DNA from: Patescibacteria group bacterium
Lineage (GTDB): Bacteria > Patescibacteriota > Minisyncoccia > UBA6257 > WO2-44-18
Length of the DNA: 32,019 nucleotides
Reading direction: 5' to 3'
Assembly: GCA_038065375.1 (NCBI GenBank)
Contig: JBBTRE010000069.1
Span: 1 to 32,019, forward strand
The position numbers and the translations under genes were made by a program. The notes under the pieces are model-generated. The model saw only the letters and a list, made by a program, of their open reading frames with translations, was not told the origin of the DNA and ran no database searches. Shown piece after piece: positions 17,062-27,023 of this stretch (positions within the stretch are counted from its first letter, which is position 1; every line of letters begins with the position of its first letter).

Positions 17062-18159
17062 TTAAGACAGATAGACGGCCTTGGTTTGTTCAACCATATT
17101 CGCCAGGTTCAGCTGATCTTTAAGAAACTGTCGGCCGCTTTTGGCGAAGTAGGCGGCCTTATCTTGGTTTTTTAGATAAAAATTAATTGCTCTTGCCAGT
17201 TCTTCGGGTTGTTGCGGGGGCATCACTAGGCCGCGTCCATCCATGACCTCCGGCATTCCTCCGACTCTGGTTGTGATAATCGGCAGACCGGCGGCCATCG
17301 CCTCCAGCATCGTATAAGGAAGGCCTTCTTTGATGGATGAAAGCAGGAAGATATCAAAGGCGCTTAGATAGGGAGCGGCCGGGGCTAGCCCGCTAAGGAT
17401 GAAAAATTTATTTTCTAACTCACGTTTTTTTATTAACCTGTCCAGTTTTACCTTTAAGTAGCCATCGCCAATGATAAAAAACTTTGCCTCCGGATTTTTT
17501 ACTAAAGCCGAGGCATTAATGAAGTCGTGGTAACTTTTTTCGGTGACCAGCCGGCCGATGGATCCGATCCAGACACCCTTGTCAGTCCCGGTTTTGGCGA
17601 GGGTGCTGATGGTTTTTCGCGCGGTGCGGCGATCCAGGAAATTAAGATTTTTCCAATCTAGGCCGACGTAGATTGTATTCAACTTTTTTTCATCGGCGAT
17701 TTTATGCCGGATCGCCAAACTTTTATCATATTCGGAGACGTTAATTATTTTATCCTGGAATCTGGCGGCGATTTTATGCAATAAAATATAAAACCAGCGT
17801 TTTCCTAATCCCAAATCATTATCCGGATTAAATACCCAGCCGTGAGCGGTGAAGACGACTTTTTTCACTCCGGCGAGTTTGGCGGCTATTGCTCCGATTA
17901 CCCCAGCTTTTGAGCTATTGAGATGGACTAGGTCGGGGCGCTCTTTTTTGAACAAAAAGAACAGTTCAATCATAGCCAGCCAATCATTAGCGAACAAAAA
18001 ATAGGGCCTTAGCTTGTTGGAAAGGAATTTTATTTCCTGGCTGCCGCCGGTGACTATCTTCGTCTCAAAACCGGCTTTCTTTATTTCCGAAGAAAGATCG
18101 CGGACGTACTTTTGGGCTCCGCCGACATCGTCTTTGGTAATCAGGTAAAGAATTTTCAT
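17062..18159 (-). CDS. Glycosyltransferase family 4
   Basis: MKILYLITKDDVGGAQ, HLNSSKAG, FTAHGW, GRLVTEK, EGLPYTMLEAMAAGLP. Start set at ATG 18159, 8 nt after an extended -10 TGGTAGAAT. Confidence 0.9.
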   Translation of the reverse strand: MKILYLITKDDVGGAQKYVRDLSSEIKKAGFETKIVTGGSQEIKFLSNKLRPYFLFANDWLAMIELFFLFKKERPDLVHLNSSKAGVIGAIAAKLAGVKKVVFTAHGWVFNPDNDLGLGKRWFYILLHKIAARFQDKIINVSEYDKSLAIRHKIADEKKLNTIYVGLDWKNLNFLDRRTARKTISTLAKTGTDKGVWIGSIGRLVTEKSYHDFINASALVKNPEAKFFIIGDGYLKVKLDRLIKKRELENKFFILSGLAPAAPYLSAFDIFLLSSIKEGLPYTMLEAMAAGLPIITTRVGGMPEVMDGRGLVMPPQQPEELARAINFYLKNQDKAAYFAKSGRQFLKDQLNLANMVEQTKAVYLS

Positions 18160-18199
18160 CCCCTTTAATTCTACCAATTTATAAGATAATATGAGACCA

Positions 18200-19345
18200 A
18201 TGTCAAAGCTACGCCCCCAGGTTGCCGTTTTTAGCTTAGCCTATGACCCGTTTGTGGGTGGGGCGGAGATTGCGGTTCGTGAAATTATCCGGCGTCTACC
18301 CGATACAGATTTCACTGTTTTGACGCGTAAGTTTGACCGAAGTTGGCCTCCGATTGAATCCTCGGGTAATTATTCGGTTGTCCGTTTGGGGCGTGGCAGG
18401 TCTGATGGGAATTATTATGGCGGCTTCTTTGGAAAAATCTCCTATATTTTTTCGGCTTATCGTTTCGCGGCGCGAACTCACAAAGCCAATCCATTTTCGG
18501 CAGTTTGGGCGGTAATGGCGTCCTACGCGGGGATCGCAGCGTTGTTTTTTAAACTACGCCATCCCGGCGTGCCTTTGTTGCTCACTTTGCAGGAGGGAGA
18601 TTCAGAGGTCCACATACTTAACCGGGTCGGGATTTTCTATCCTTTGTGGAAATTAATTTTTAAAAAAGCGGACTATATTCAGGCCATCAGTAATTTTTTG
18701 GCCGATTTCGCCAAGCGTCACGGCGCCCATTGCCCGGTTGAGGTAGTGCCCAACGGTGTTGATTTGGAAGCTTACGAAAATACAAAAAAATACGAAAGTA
18801 CGAAAAATAAGAAATTAATTATTACTACCTCAAGACTAGTTGAGAAGAACGGCATTGATATTTTAATCGCTGCATTGTCGTTGCTGTATACCGCTGACTG
18901 CAGACTGCTGATTTTAGGCGATGGTCCGGATAAAGAAAAATTGAAGGATTTTGCGGCTAAACTCGGCGTCGCGGATAAAATAGAATTCCTCGGCCACGTA
19001 GAGCCGGACCAAATACCCCACTACTTGCTACAAGCTACTATTTTCGCGCGTGCATCCCGTTCTGAAGGTTTGGGAAATTCTTTTTTGGAAGCAATGGCGG
19101 CGGGTTTGCCGGTGATCGGCACTCCGGTTGGTGGCATTCCCGACTTTTTAAAAGATGGTGAAACCGGAATTTTCTGTAAGGTTGATGATCCAAAAGATTT
19201 AGCGGAAAAAATCAAATTATTAATTAATGATGATCCGTTGCGGCGGCGAGTTGCCCTTAATGGGCGTCGTCTTGTTGAGGAAAAATACTCTTGGGATAAG
19301 ATTGCTGTTCAGATGAAAAATATTTTCCAAAAATTATGCGTATAG
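18200..19345 (+). CDS. Glycosyltransferase family 4
   Basis: GGAE, PNGVD, SRLVEKNG, SEGLGNSFLEAMAAGLPVIGTPVGGI. Start is either 18191 or 18200. Confidence 0.9.
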   Translation: MSKLRPQVAVFSLAYDPFVGGAEIAVREIIRRLPDTDFTVLTRKFDRSWPPIESSGNYSVVRLGRGRSDGNYYGGFFGKISYIFSAYRFAARTHKANPFSAVWAVMASYAGIAALFFKLRHPGVPLLLTLQEGDSEVHILNRVGIFYPLWKLIFKKADYIQAISNFLADFAKRHGAHCPVEVVPNGVDLEAYENTKKYESTKNKKLIITTSRLVEKNGIDILIAALSLLYTADCRLLILGDGPDKEKLKDFAAKLGVADKIEFLGHVEPDQIPHYLLQATIFARASRSEGLGNSFLEAMAAGLPVIGTPVGGIPDFLKDGETGIFCKVDDPKDLAEKIKLLINDDPLRRRVALNGRRLVEEKYSWDKIAVQMKNIFQKLCV

Positions 19346-20454
19346 CCATCGCTACCGGAATTTATCCTCCCGATTTGGGCGGGCCAGCCAAGCACGCTGA
19401 AGCGATGCGGGATTTTTTGGAATCCAAGAACTGTAGGGTAACCGTAATTACTTTCGGTTCTAGTCGGACTGGTGGAGTATGGGGAGTGCCGCGTTTTTTA
19501 CCCTTTGGTTTACGCCATTTTGTCTATTTCTTACGGTGTTTGATGACGGCTTTAGTTTCCGATTTGATTTACACTCAAGACGCGGCGGGTGTTGGCCTAC
19601 CCGCTTTGGTAGCGGCTAAATTGTTACGCCGCAAATTGGTGGTGAGGGTCGGCGGTGATTTAGCTTGGGAGCGCGTAAATGAAAAAACTAAGAAGCCCAT
19701 CTCTTTGAAAGAGTTCTATTCCAGCCGGCAGTACCTTTGGAAAGCCCCCATTTACTATTGGTTAACCCGTTGCGTGCTGAATTTTGCGGATGCAGTGATT
19801 GTTCCGGCAGCAATGCTAAAAGATTTATATACTCAGAAGTATTACATTGATTCAAGAAAGATTTTCCATTTTCCAAATCCTGAGTTGACTCCGGAATTGA
19901 CGGACACATCTATGCGCGCTGATACCGACCGTATTTTATTCGCCGGAAGATTCGTGGCTTATAAAAACTTGGACGTGCTAATGCGGGCTTTTGACCAGGC
20001 GCGGCAACGATCCGGGCGAGGCCAATTGGTTCTAGTTGGCGATGGTCCGGAACGGCATCATCTGGAGGCCGTTAAGAAGCAATTGGCATCCCAAGACTCT
20101 ATAGAAATCCGGTTCCCGATCTCCCGCGAAGATCTAGCCGCGCTGATCAGTGATTCTGGAGTTTGCGTCGGTCCGGCGTTAACTGAATTTAATCCTAATT
20201 TTATTTTGGAGTGCCTGGCAATGCAAAAACCGGTTCTAATCAGCGCCGAGAATGGTTTGTCAGTACAGCTACCCAGGCAGTGGCTTTTTAACGCGCGTAG
20301 CGAGTCTGAGCTAGCTCAGAAACTTGAACAGATACTTGACCCCAATCACTATCAAAACGCGATCAATGAGTTAGAGAAAATTATTCCGGCGCCAACATGG
20401 GAGAAAACAGCCGAAAACATTCACTCATTATTCTCAAAATTATGCGGATATTAA
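19336..20454 (+). CDS. Glycosyltransferase family 4
   Basis: IYPPDLGGPA, FAGRFVAYKN, VGDGPE, EFNPNFILECLAMQKPV. Confidence 0.88.
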   Translation: MRIAIATGIYPPDLGGPAKHAEAMRDFLESKNCRVTVITFGSSRTGGVWGVPRFLPFGLRHFVYFLRCLMTALVSDLIYTQDAAGVGLPALVAAKLLRRKLVVRVGGDLAWERVNEKTKKPISLKEFYSSRQYLWKAPIYYWLTRCVLNFADAVIVPAAMLKDLYTQKYYIDSRKIFHFPNPELTPELTDTSMRADTDRILFAGRFVAYKNLDVLMRAFDQARQRSGRGQLVLVGDGPERHHLEAVKKQLASQDSIEIRFPISREDLAALISDSGVCVGPALTEFNPNFILECLAMQKPVLISAENGLSVQLPRQWLFNARSESELAQKLEQILDPNHYQNAINELEKIIPAPTWEKTAENIHSLFSKLCGY

Positions 20455-21455
20455 TGCTTTCCACAGACAGTCAGATTTTTAATGTAGCTAGCCAAGTGCG
20501 CGCTCGAATTTTAGAATACGGGAAATTGTTCGAGGAATTACGGGTAATCGTTTATACGAAACCGGGACAAAAAGAAGAAGCGATCGGCAATGTTTCTTTA
20601 ATGCCGACCAATAATCGTTTCCGGCTGGGATATTTTTTTCGGGCGATTGAGTTGGGAAAAAGAGTAGTGAGAGACGGGGTGGGTTGGGTAGTTTCCTCAC
20701 AAGACCCATTCGAGACCGGTTGGGTGGCTTATCGGTTGAAGAGAATTTTTAATATACCCTTCCAGGCGCAGATCCATACCGATTTTCTTAGTCCTTATTT
20801 TGCTTCCGGTTCTCTTAAAAATCGGCTTCGAGTTTTTCTTGCGAAGTGGTTAGTGAGGCGCGCTGACCGCATCCGCGTCGTGTCAACGAGAATTAAAGAA
20901 TCTCTGATCGCTTTTGACTCTTCTTTGGAGAAAAAAATCACGGTACTACCGATATTTGTAAATGTGGAGAGGATTCGTTCTGCTGTTTCCGATTTAGAGT
21001 TACAAAAGAAATACAAATTCAATGGTGAATTTCTGGTTTTAACTGTTGCCCGAAACGCGCCGGAAAAGAATTTAAGCTTGGCTAATAAAATTGTCAGTGA
21101 ACTGAAAAATAAGTACCCGAAGCTGAGCTGGTTGCCGGTCAGCAATGCATCCTCAGCCCTTCCTTACTACAAAATCGCTGATTTATTTTTGTTGACCTCC
21201 AATTATGAAGGGTATGGAATGGCGGCCGTAGAAGCGGCGGCCGCTGGGGTTCCGGTAGTGATGACCGATGTTGGAGTGGCTTTGGGCGCTACCTTTCCGG
21301 TAGGTGATCAGGATGCAGCCGTGAAGATTATTGAGGATTTAATTAAAAATCCCGCCAGGAGACAGGAACTTGTAAATAAGCAGAACGAGTTTTTCCGAAA
21401 TTGGCCGACCAAAGAGCAATATTTGGCGGAATATAAACAAATTCTAACTTTCTAG
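20442..21455 (+). CDS. Glycosyltransferase family 4
   Basis: MRILMLSTD, VARNAPEKN, SNYEGYGMAAVEAAAAGVPVVMTDVG. Confidence 0.85.
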   Translation: MRILMLSTDSQIFNVASQVRARILEYGKLFEELRVIVYTKPGQKEEAIGNVSLMPTNNRFRLGYFFRAIELGKRVVRDGVGWVVSSQDPFETGWVAYRLKRIFNIPFQAQIHTDFLSPYFASGSLKNRLRVFLAKWLVRRADRIRVVSTRIKESLIAFDSSLEKKITVLPIFVNVERIRSAVSDLELQKKYKFNGEFLVLTVARNAPEKNLSLANKIVSELKNKYPKLSWLPVSNASSALPYYKIADLFLLTSNYEGYGMAAVEAAAAGVPVVMTDVGVALGATFPVGDQDAAVKIIEDLIKNPARRQELVNKQNEFFRNWPTKEQYLAEYKQILTF

Positions 21456-21457
21456 AT

Positions 21458-22525
21458 ATGAAAATTCTATTTATTACTCAAAAAGTAGATAAAAATGATG
21501 ATGTACTCGGGGTGTACCATCGTTGGATAGATGGACTTTCCAAACATTTTGAGAGGATTTCTGTTATTTGTCTGCAAAAAGGGCAGATAGATCTCCCCAG
21601 CAACGTTTCGGTTTATTCTTTGGGGAAAGAATTAATGGTTGGTTCTAGATGGGTGTACGCGGTCCGCTTTTTGCGATTAATTTGGCAGCTACGTCACGAC
21701 TACGATCTGGTTTTTGTTCATATGAACCCCGAGTACATAATTTTAGGTGGGTTATTCTGGAGGATTTCAAGAAAGAAAATTATTCTCTGGTATGCCCACT
21801 ATCTGAGTAATTTAAAATTAAGGATTGCTGTTTGGTTTTCAGATAGAGTGATCACGTCAATCCGATTGGCCTTTCCTTTTCCAACAAGAAAGTTACAAGT
21901 TCTGCAACAGGGAATTGATACAATACTTTTTAGTCCCGCGAAAACTTTCCGCTCGCCATCCGACGCCCTCGGAATTTTATTTCTAGGTCGGATTGCTCCG
22001 GTTAAGAACCTGGACATTTTAGTGAGAGCCGTGCAGCTTGTTCGCCAACGAGCCCCGGTTAGACTTACGATTGTCGGCGCGCCAACTTTGGGACGTTCGG
22101 TAGAGCGTGGCTATTACGAGCAGGTAAAGCTGTTAGCCAACGATTTGGGGTTGACCGGTTTAGTGGATTTTCAGAGCCCTGTAGCTAACAAAGATACACC
22201 CGCGATTTATCGGAAGCATGATTTATTTGTTAATCTTACGGTAACCGGTAGCTTTGATAAGAGCACTCTGGAGGCGATGGCCTGCGGGATTCCCGTGTTG
22301 GTAAGCAATCTGGCCTTCCGTGATATTCTCGGACCGGCGTTGGCTAATCAACTGATGTTTAAAGAAGGCGACCATCGGGATCTGGCGGACAAGATTTCTC
22401 AGCTGGCCTCTTTGAGTTCAGCGGATCGGCAGAAATTGGGTGAGAAGTTGAGAGATATCATAGCGCGCCAACACGATTTACGTCGGTTAGTGATTCGTCT
22501 CGCTGAGACTGTTAGGGCCATTTAA
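21458..22525 (+). CDS. Glycosyltransferase family 4
   Basis: MKILFITQKVD, GIDT, LGRIAPVKN, GSFDKSTLEAMACGIPV. Confidence 0.88.
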   Translation: MKILFITQKVDKNDDVLGVYHRWIDGLSKHFERISVICLQKGQIDLPSNVSVYSLGKELMVGSRWVYAVRFLRLIWQLRHDYDLVFVHMNPEYIILGGLFWRISRKKIILWYAHYLSNLKLRIAVWFSDRVITSIRLAFPFPTRKLQVLQQGIDTILFSPAKTFRSPSDALGILFLGRIAPVKNLDILVRAVQLVRQRAPVRLTIVGAPTLGRSVERGYYEQVKLLANDLGLTGLVDFQSPVANKDTPAIYRKHDLFVNLTVTGSFDKSTLEAMACGIPVLVSNLAFRDILGPALANQLMFKEGDHRDLADKISQLASLSSADRQKLGEKLRDIIARQHDLRRLVIRLAETVRAI

Positions 22526-22531
22526 TCAAAA

Positions 22532-23929
22532 ATGATTATTGATGAATCGGATCGCAAACATAGCTTCCTCCACTATTTTTTGAAGGGAGAGGCAACTAAA
22601 AGGGTTTTTGACGGCATCGCTACCGCGGTCGGTTTGGTTAACTCCTATTTCATCATTTCTAATCTTTCAATTTTTCACTTTGGTTTGTATCAATTAATGC
22701 TGTCACTGGTGTCACTTTTAGACGGTTTTAATTTAGATGTGATTGACGGAGTGGTGCAGGTAGACATGCGGCGGAGTTTCAATGTTGGCAAGCGATCGGT
22801 TGCTAAGCGGTTATATTGGGGATACGCGAAATTGAAATTAAGCATTGCCCTGGTATTTTCTGTGTCCGTTTTTTTCGGCGCCTCCTTTATCGCTAAGCAC
22901 TACGGTGAAGACCTAGGCCTTTTTATCAGAATTTCCAGCTTCCTTTTGATTTTTCGAGCCCTTCAATCTTTGGAGATAATGCTTCTAAAGTCCCTACTCA
23001 CCTTTTCGTATTGGTCTTATCCGGCTATTAGGGAATCGGCTAAATTGATTTTTGTGCTTGGGTTTTTGTTCTTTTCCGGGCAATTCACTATCACCCAGGT
23101 AATCACTGCTCATGTAATAGCCGATGGTATAGCGGTGGTGGTGATGACGCTAGCCCTTTTTATCAACAAATATCATCGGGCTTTTTCCGGCGTAGTTATG
23201 GAGTCCAAATCATTAATTTGGGGAGTCATCCGCACTTATGGGAAATGGGCGATGTTGCGTTATCTGTTTTCTAAAGTCAGTAAAAATTCCACTCCCTGGC
23301 TGATTAAATATTTTATTAATACAGAGGCAGTCGCCTTCTATGCCCTGGCGGTTAATCTGATGGCATTCATCGAAAACTTTTTCCCAATGGATGGTCTGGC
23401 GCAAATCTTAGCTTTCAAGGCGGATAATCTGGGGCAGATTTCCTTCATATTTAAAAAAGCGGTTAAGTATGCGTTTTGGCTCGGGGTTGTGTTTATGGTC
23501 GGCGGAGCGGTGGTTGCCGCCCCCGCTGTCTTATTCATCTTTCCAAAATACGAACCCGCGATGTCGGTTTTTTATGTAATGCTTTTGGCTTTGCCGGTAT
23601 TCGGAATCTATAAAATATTAAAAAGCACCCTGACGGTTTTGCGGGAGCAGAAAACCCTCACCATGAGGGTCTTTAATGAAGCCGTCCTGATTCCCGCCAC
23701 CCTAGTCGTTTTCGTTCCAATCTTTAGATTGGTCGGGGCTGGGTTTACCTACGTGCTGCTGTATTTGGAGAGATCGTGGTTTTTTTATAGCCAGTTGGTT
23801 AAAAAATATCCGGATTTTAAAATTAGCATTTGGCAATTTTTCAAATTTGACCGCACTGATCGGGATTTGCTAAAAAGAGTTGTCATCAATCCCTGGAACA
23901 AAGCCAAGGGTCTAATCACTAAAAATTAA
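22532..23929 (+). CDS. Wzx-like oligosaccharide flippase
   Basis: 465 aa with many TM segments, FGLYQL and VAFYALA patterns typical of the MOP/Wzx family, and location in a glycan operon. Confidence 0.75.
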   Translation: MIIDESDRKHSFLHYFLKGEATKRVFDGIATAVGLVNSYFIISNLSIFHFGLYQLMLSLVSLLDGFNLDVIDGVVQVDMRRSFNVGKRSVAKRLYWGYAKLKLSIALVFSVSVFFGASFIAKHYGEDLGLFIRISSFLLIFRALQSLEIMLLKSLLTFSYWSYPAIRESAKLIFVLGFLFFSGQFTITQVITAHVIADGIAVVVMTLALFINKYHRAFSGVVMESKSLIWGVIRTYGKWAMLRYLFSKVSKNSTPWLIKYFINTEAVAFYALAVNLMAFIENFFPMDGLAQILAFKADNLGQISFIFKKAVKYAFWLGVVFMVGGAVVAAPAVLFIFPKYEPAMSVFYVMLLALPVFGIYKILKSTLTVLREQKTLTMRVFNEAVLIPATLVVFVPIFRLVGAGFTYVLLYLERSWFFYSQLVKKYPDFKISIWQFFKFDRTDRDLLKRVVINPWNKAKGLITKN

Positions 23930-23931
23930 TC

Positions 23932-25092
23932 ATGAGCCAAAAAAGAAAGATTTGTTTATTTTCAGGAAAGCGTGGTGGCTTCGGCGCTTATTTGCCACTG
24001 ATGCAATTAATCGCGGCCGATCCCAATTTAGAATTGCAAATTTTACTCGGCGATATGCATGCTTCTAAGGAATTTGGTCAAACTAGCGATGAGGCCAGGA
24101 AGTTTTTCCCAAACGCCAAGATTGAAGTAATTGAAATGGGAGCGGGGCGTGGCGACAGCCCTGTAATTCGGGCGGAAAATTTAGGAGTATGTCTGCAAAA
24201 AACCCCGGCGATTTTGGAGAAGTTGAAACCCGATTTAGTGATGGTTCACGGAGACCGCGCCGAACATATGATGGTGGCTTTAGCGGCTTTAAATTTAGGC
24301 ATTCCGGTCGGACATACTCAAGGCGGAGAAGTTTCCGGTAACATTGACGATGTCCAGCGTCATGCCATTACCAAGCTGGCTCATCTGCATTTTCCGGAAA
24401 CAGAATCGGCCGCGGAGCGGATCAAAAAACTTGGCGAAGAAGGATGGCGGATTCACGTCGTCGGCTCTACCTATATTGATAGAATTGTTAAGAAAATGTA
24501 TGTACCTAATCCCGAAGCTAGGGCGAAGTATGGCTTAACAGCTGAAGAGAAATATTTTTTGATCATTTTTCACCCTGATACCTACCTTTCCCAGGAGAAA
24601 AATTACCAAGCGGCTAAAAATCTTTTGGCGGCGGTGAAAAACACTGGGCTTAAAGCGGTCATGACTTACCCCTGCTCTGATCCCGGCTATCAGGGTGTTT
24701 TGGACGCGATGGCGGAAATTAAAGATGATTCACAATTTTCGATTCACCAAAACATAGATAATTTAGATTTTTTGGGACTGATGTCCGACGCTCAGGCAAT
24801 CATCGGTAACTCATCTTCAGCTGTTGTAGAGGCGCCCTATTTTCAATTAGCGGCGGTGAACGTGGGGAGACGGCAGGAAGGACGTGACCGGGAGGAAAAT
24901 GTGGTGGACTGCGAGGCGACCGCTGAAGATATCTCGGCAAAAATAAAATTCGTCCTGGAAGACGTCGGTTTCCGGGAGAAACTGAAAAAGCGCGGCCACC
25001 GTTTAGGTAATGGCCAAGCCGCCGAGAAGATTCTTGGGGTTTTGAAAAACGTTAATATTGACGAAAAACTGATGAAAAAGCACATTGCTTAA
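23932..25092 (+). CDS. neuC: UDP-N-acetylglucosamine 2-epimerase (hydrolysing), NeuC/LegG family
   Basis: HGDRAE, HTQGGEVSGNIDDVQRHAITKLAHLHF, FHPDT, IGNSSS, NVGRRQEGR. Confidence 0.85.
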   Translation: MSQKRKICLFSGKRGGFGAYLPLMQLIAADPNLELQILLGDMHASKEFGQTSDEARKFFPNAKIEVIEMGAGRGDSPVIRAENLGVCLQKTPAILEKLKPDLVMVHGDRAEHMMVALAALNLGIPVGHTQGGEVSGNIDDVQRHAITKLAHLHFPETESAAERIKKLGEEGWRIHVVGSTYIDRIVKKMYVPNPEARAKYGLTAEEKYFLIIFHPDTYLSQEKNYQAAKNLLAAVKNTGLKAVMTYPCSDPGYQGVLDAMAEIKDDSQFSIHQNIDNLDFLGLMSDAQAIIGNSSSAVVEAPYFQLAAVNVGRRQEGRDREENVVDCEATAEDISAKIKFVLEDVGFREKLKKRGHRLGNGQAAEKILGVLKNVNIDEKLMKKHIA

Positions 25093-25121
25093 ATGTGTTT
25101 TTCTTGTTAATTTATTAACTA

Positions 25122-26288
25122 ATGAATTCAAAGCCAAAAGTTTTGATCTTGGGGGGCGATGGTTATCTGGGCTGGCCGACAGCCATGCATTTTACCCGCC
25201 AGGGTTACCAGGTGGCGATCGCGGATAACATGTCTAAGCGTGTTTGGGAGGCCGAGCTGGGCACCGCGCCGCTCTGGAGTATTCCTTTGGTGCACAAACG
25301 GGTTCGTCTTTGGAAAGACAAAGCCGGCCACGAAATCAAACTCTATGTGGGAGACATCGCGCAAAACCACCGCTTTGTTTATAAAATGTTTGAAGAATTC
25401 CGTCCGGATGCTGTTGTCCATTATGCTGAACAGCCGTCCGCTCCTTATTCCATGCATAGCCGTGAAAAGGCGGCGAATACGCAGATTAATAATGTCGCGG
25501 GTAATTTGAATGTTCTCTTTGCGATGCGGAAATATACTCCCGACGCGCATTTAGTGAAGCTGGGGACGATGGGTGAATATGGAACGCCCAACATTGATAT
25601 TGAGGAGGGCTGGCTGGACATTGAACACAAAGGAAGAAAGGACCGGGTGCTATTTCCTAAAAAGCCGGGCTCTTTTTATCACTTAAGTAAGGTGCATGAC
25701 AGTCACAACATTGAATTCGCCTGCCGCATTTGGGGATTACGCGCCACTGATCTGAACCAGGGGGTGGTTTATGGCATTGAAACCGAGGAAACAAAAATGC
25801 ATCCCGAACTTTTGACCAGCTTCCATTATGATGACGTATTCGGCACGGCGCTGAATAGATTTTGCGTGCAGGCGGTAGCCGGTGTTCCTCTGACGGTGTA
25901 TGGCCAGGGCGGACAAAAGCGCGGCTTTTTAAACATTCGTGACACCTTGCAATGTGTCCAAATCGCCGTTGATAACCCGGCGAAATCCGGAGAGTTCCGC
26001 GTTTTTAACCAGTTTACGGAAGTATTTTCAGTATTGGATTTAGCCAAAACCGTCCAGAAAGCCGGGGAAGCTCTGGGAATGAAGGTGGCTATCAATAATA
26101 TTCCTAATCCTCGGGTAGAGGCAGAACAGCATTATTACAATCCGAAAAATGATTCTTTGTTGGCGCTCGGATTGAAACCGCGTCAGCTGTCCGGTGAGCT
26201 GGTTAATTCTATGTTGGTGAGTATTCAAAAATCCAAGGATCAGATTGAGCATCACACGATTTTGCCGAAGATTACCTGGAAGCAATAA
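25122..26288 (+). CDS. sqdB: UDP-sulfoquinovose synthase (SqdB/SQD1/Agl3 family)
   Basis: GGDGYLGWPTA, EQPSAPYSM, HLVKLGTMGEYGTPNIDIEEG, PGSFYHLSKVHDSHNI, WGLRATDLNQGVVYG, GTALNRF, NPRVEAEQHYY: family-diagnostic SQD1 motifs. Confidence 0.92.
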   Translation: MNSKPKVLILGGDGYLGWPTAMHFTRQGYQVAIADNMSKRVWEAELGTAPLWSIPLVHKRVRLWKDKAGHEIKLYVGDIAQNHRFVYKMFEEFRPDAVVHYAEQPSAPYSMHSREKAANTQINNVAGNLNVLFAMRKYTPDAHLVKLGTMGEYGTPNIDIEEGWLDIEHKGRKDRVLFPKKPGSFYHLSKVHDSHNIEFACRIWGLRATDLNQGVVYGIETEETKMHPELLTSFHYDDVFGTALNRFCVQAVAGVPLTVYGQGGQKRGFLNIRDTLQCVQIAVDNPAKSGEFRVFNQFTEVFSVLDLAKTVQKAGEALGMKVAINNIPNPRVEAEQHYYNPKNDSLLALGLKPRQLSGELVNSMLVSIQKSKDQIEHHTILPKITWKQ

Positions 26289-27019
26289 TGGTGAATAAAT
26301 TAGAAGTTTTGGCAATCGTTCCGGCGCGCGGCGGTTCTAAAAGCATTCCTAAGAAGAACATTATTGATCTTAGCGGCAAGCCGCTGATCAGCTATGCGTT
26401 GGCCGCGATTAAAAACAGCAAAAGCGTGAATCGGGTAATTGTTTCTACCGACGATCAAGAAATCGCCGGTGTTGCCAAAAAATATGGCGCGGAAGTGCCT
26501 TTTCTGCGCCCGGCCGAGCTGGCTACTGATACAGCGCCGACCATGCCTGTTTTGCGGCATGTCTTGGATCAGTTGAAGCAAAGCGAGGGTTACGAGCCAA
26601 GCTGGGTTTTATTGGTCCAGCCAACCTCTCCATTTATAAAAACTGAGGAAATTGATGCCGCAATTGAGTTGATTAAGAAAAATTCCGAAGCCGATTCGGT
26701 TACCAGCGTCATTGAAGTGCCGAACAATTTTCATCCGATTAATTCTAGACTGATCACCGAGGATGGCTGGCTGCAATTCGTGGACCCGGTTGAGCGCGCG
26801 AAATATAATCAGCGACAGTCAAAGCCAAGGCGGTATGCGATAGGCAATCTTTGGGTATTCACTCTGGAGGTTATTCAAAAAAAAGATATTCCCATCGGAG
26901 ACCGCTGTCTGCCTCTGGTTATTACATCGATGAGCGCGTTCGATATCGATACCCTAGAAGACTTAGAGATTGCCGAAGCGCTTTTGCCGATTGCCTTGCG
27001 AGGCGATAGCATTAAGTAA
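26288..27019 (+). CDS. neuA: Acylneuraminate cytidylyltransferase (CMP-nonulosonate synthetase)
   Basis: IVPARGGSKSIPKKNI, STDD, PFLRPAELATD, QPTSPF, DIDTLEDL. Confidence 0.9.
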   Translation: MVNKLEVLAIVPARGGSKSIPKKNIIDLSGKPLISYALAAIKNSKSVNRVIVSTDDQEIAGVAKKYGAEVPFLRPAELATDTAPTMPVLRHVLDQLKQSEGYEPSWVLLVQPTSPFIKTEEIDAAIELIKKNSEADSVTSVIEVPNNFHPINSRLITEDGWLQFVDPVERAKYNQRQSKPRRYAIGNLWVFTLEVIQKKDIPIGDRCLPLVITSMSAFDIDTLEDLEIAEALLPIALRGDSIK

Positions 27020-27023
27020 TCAA

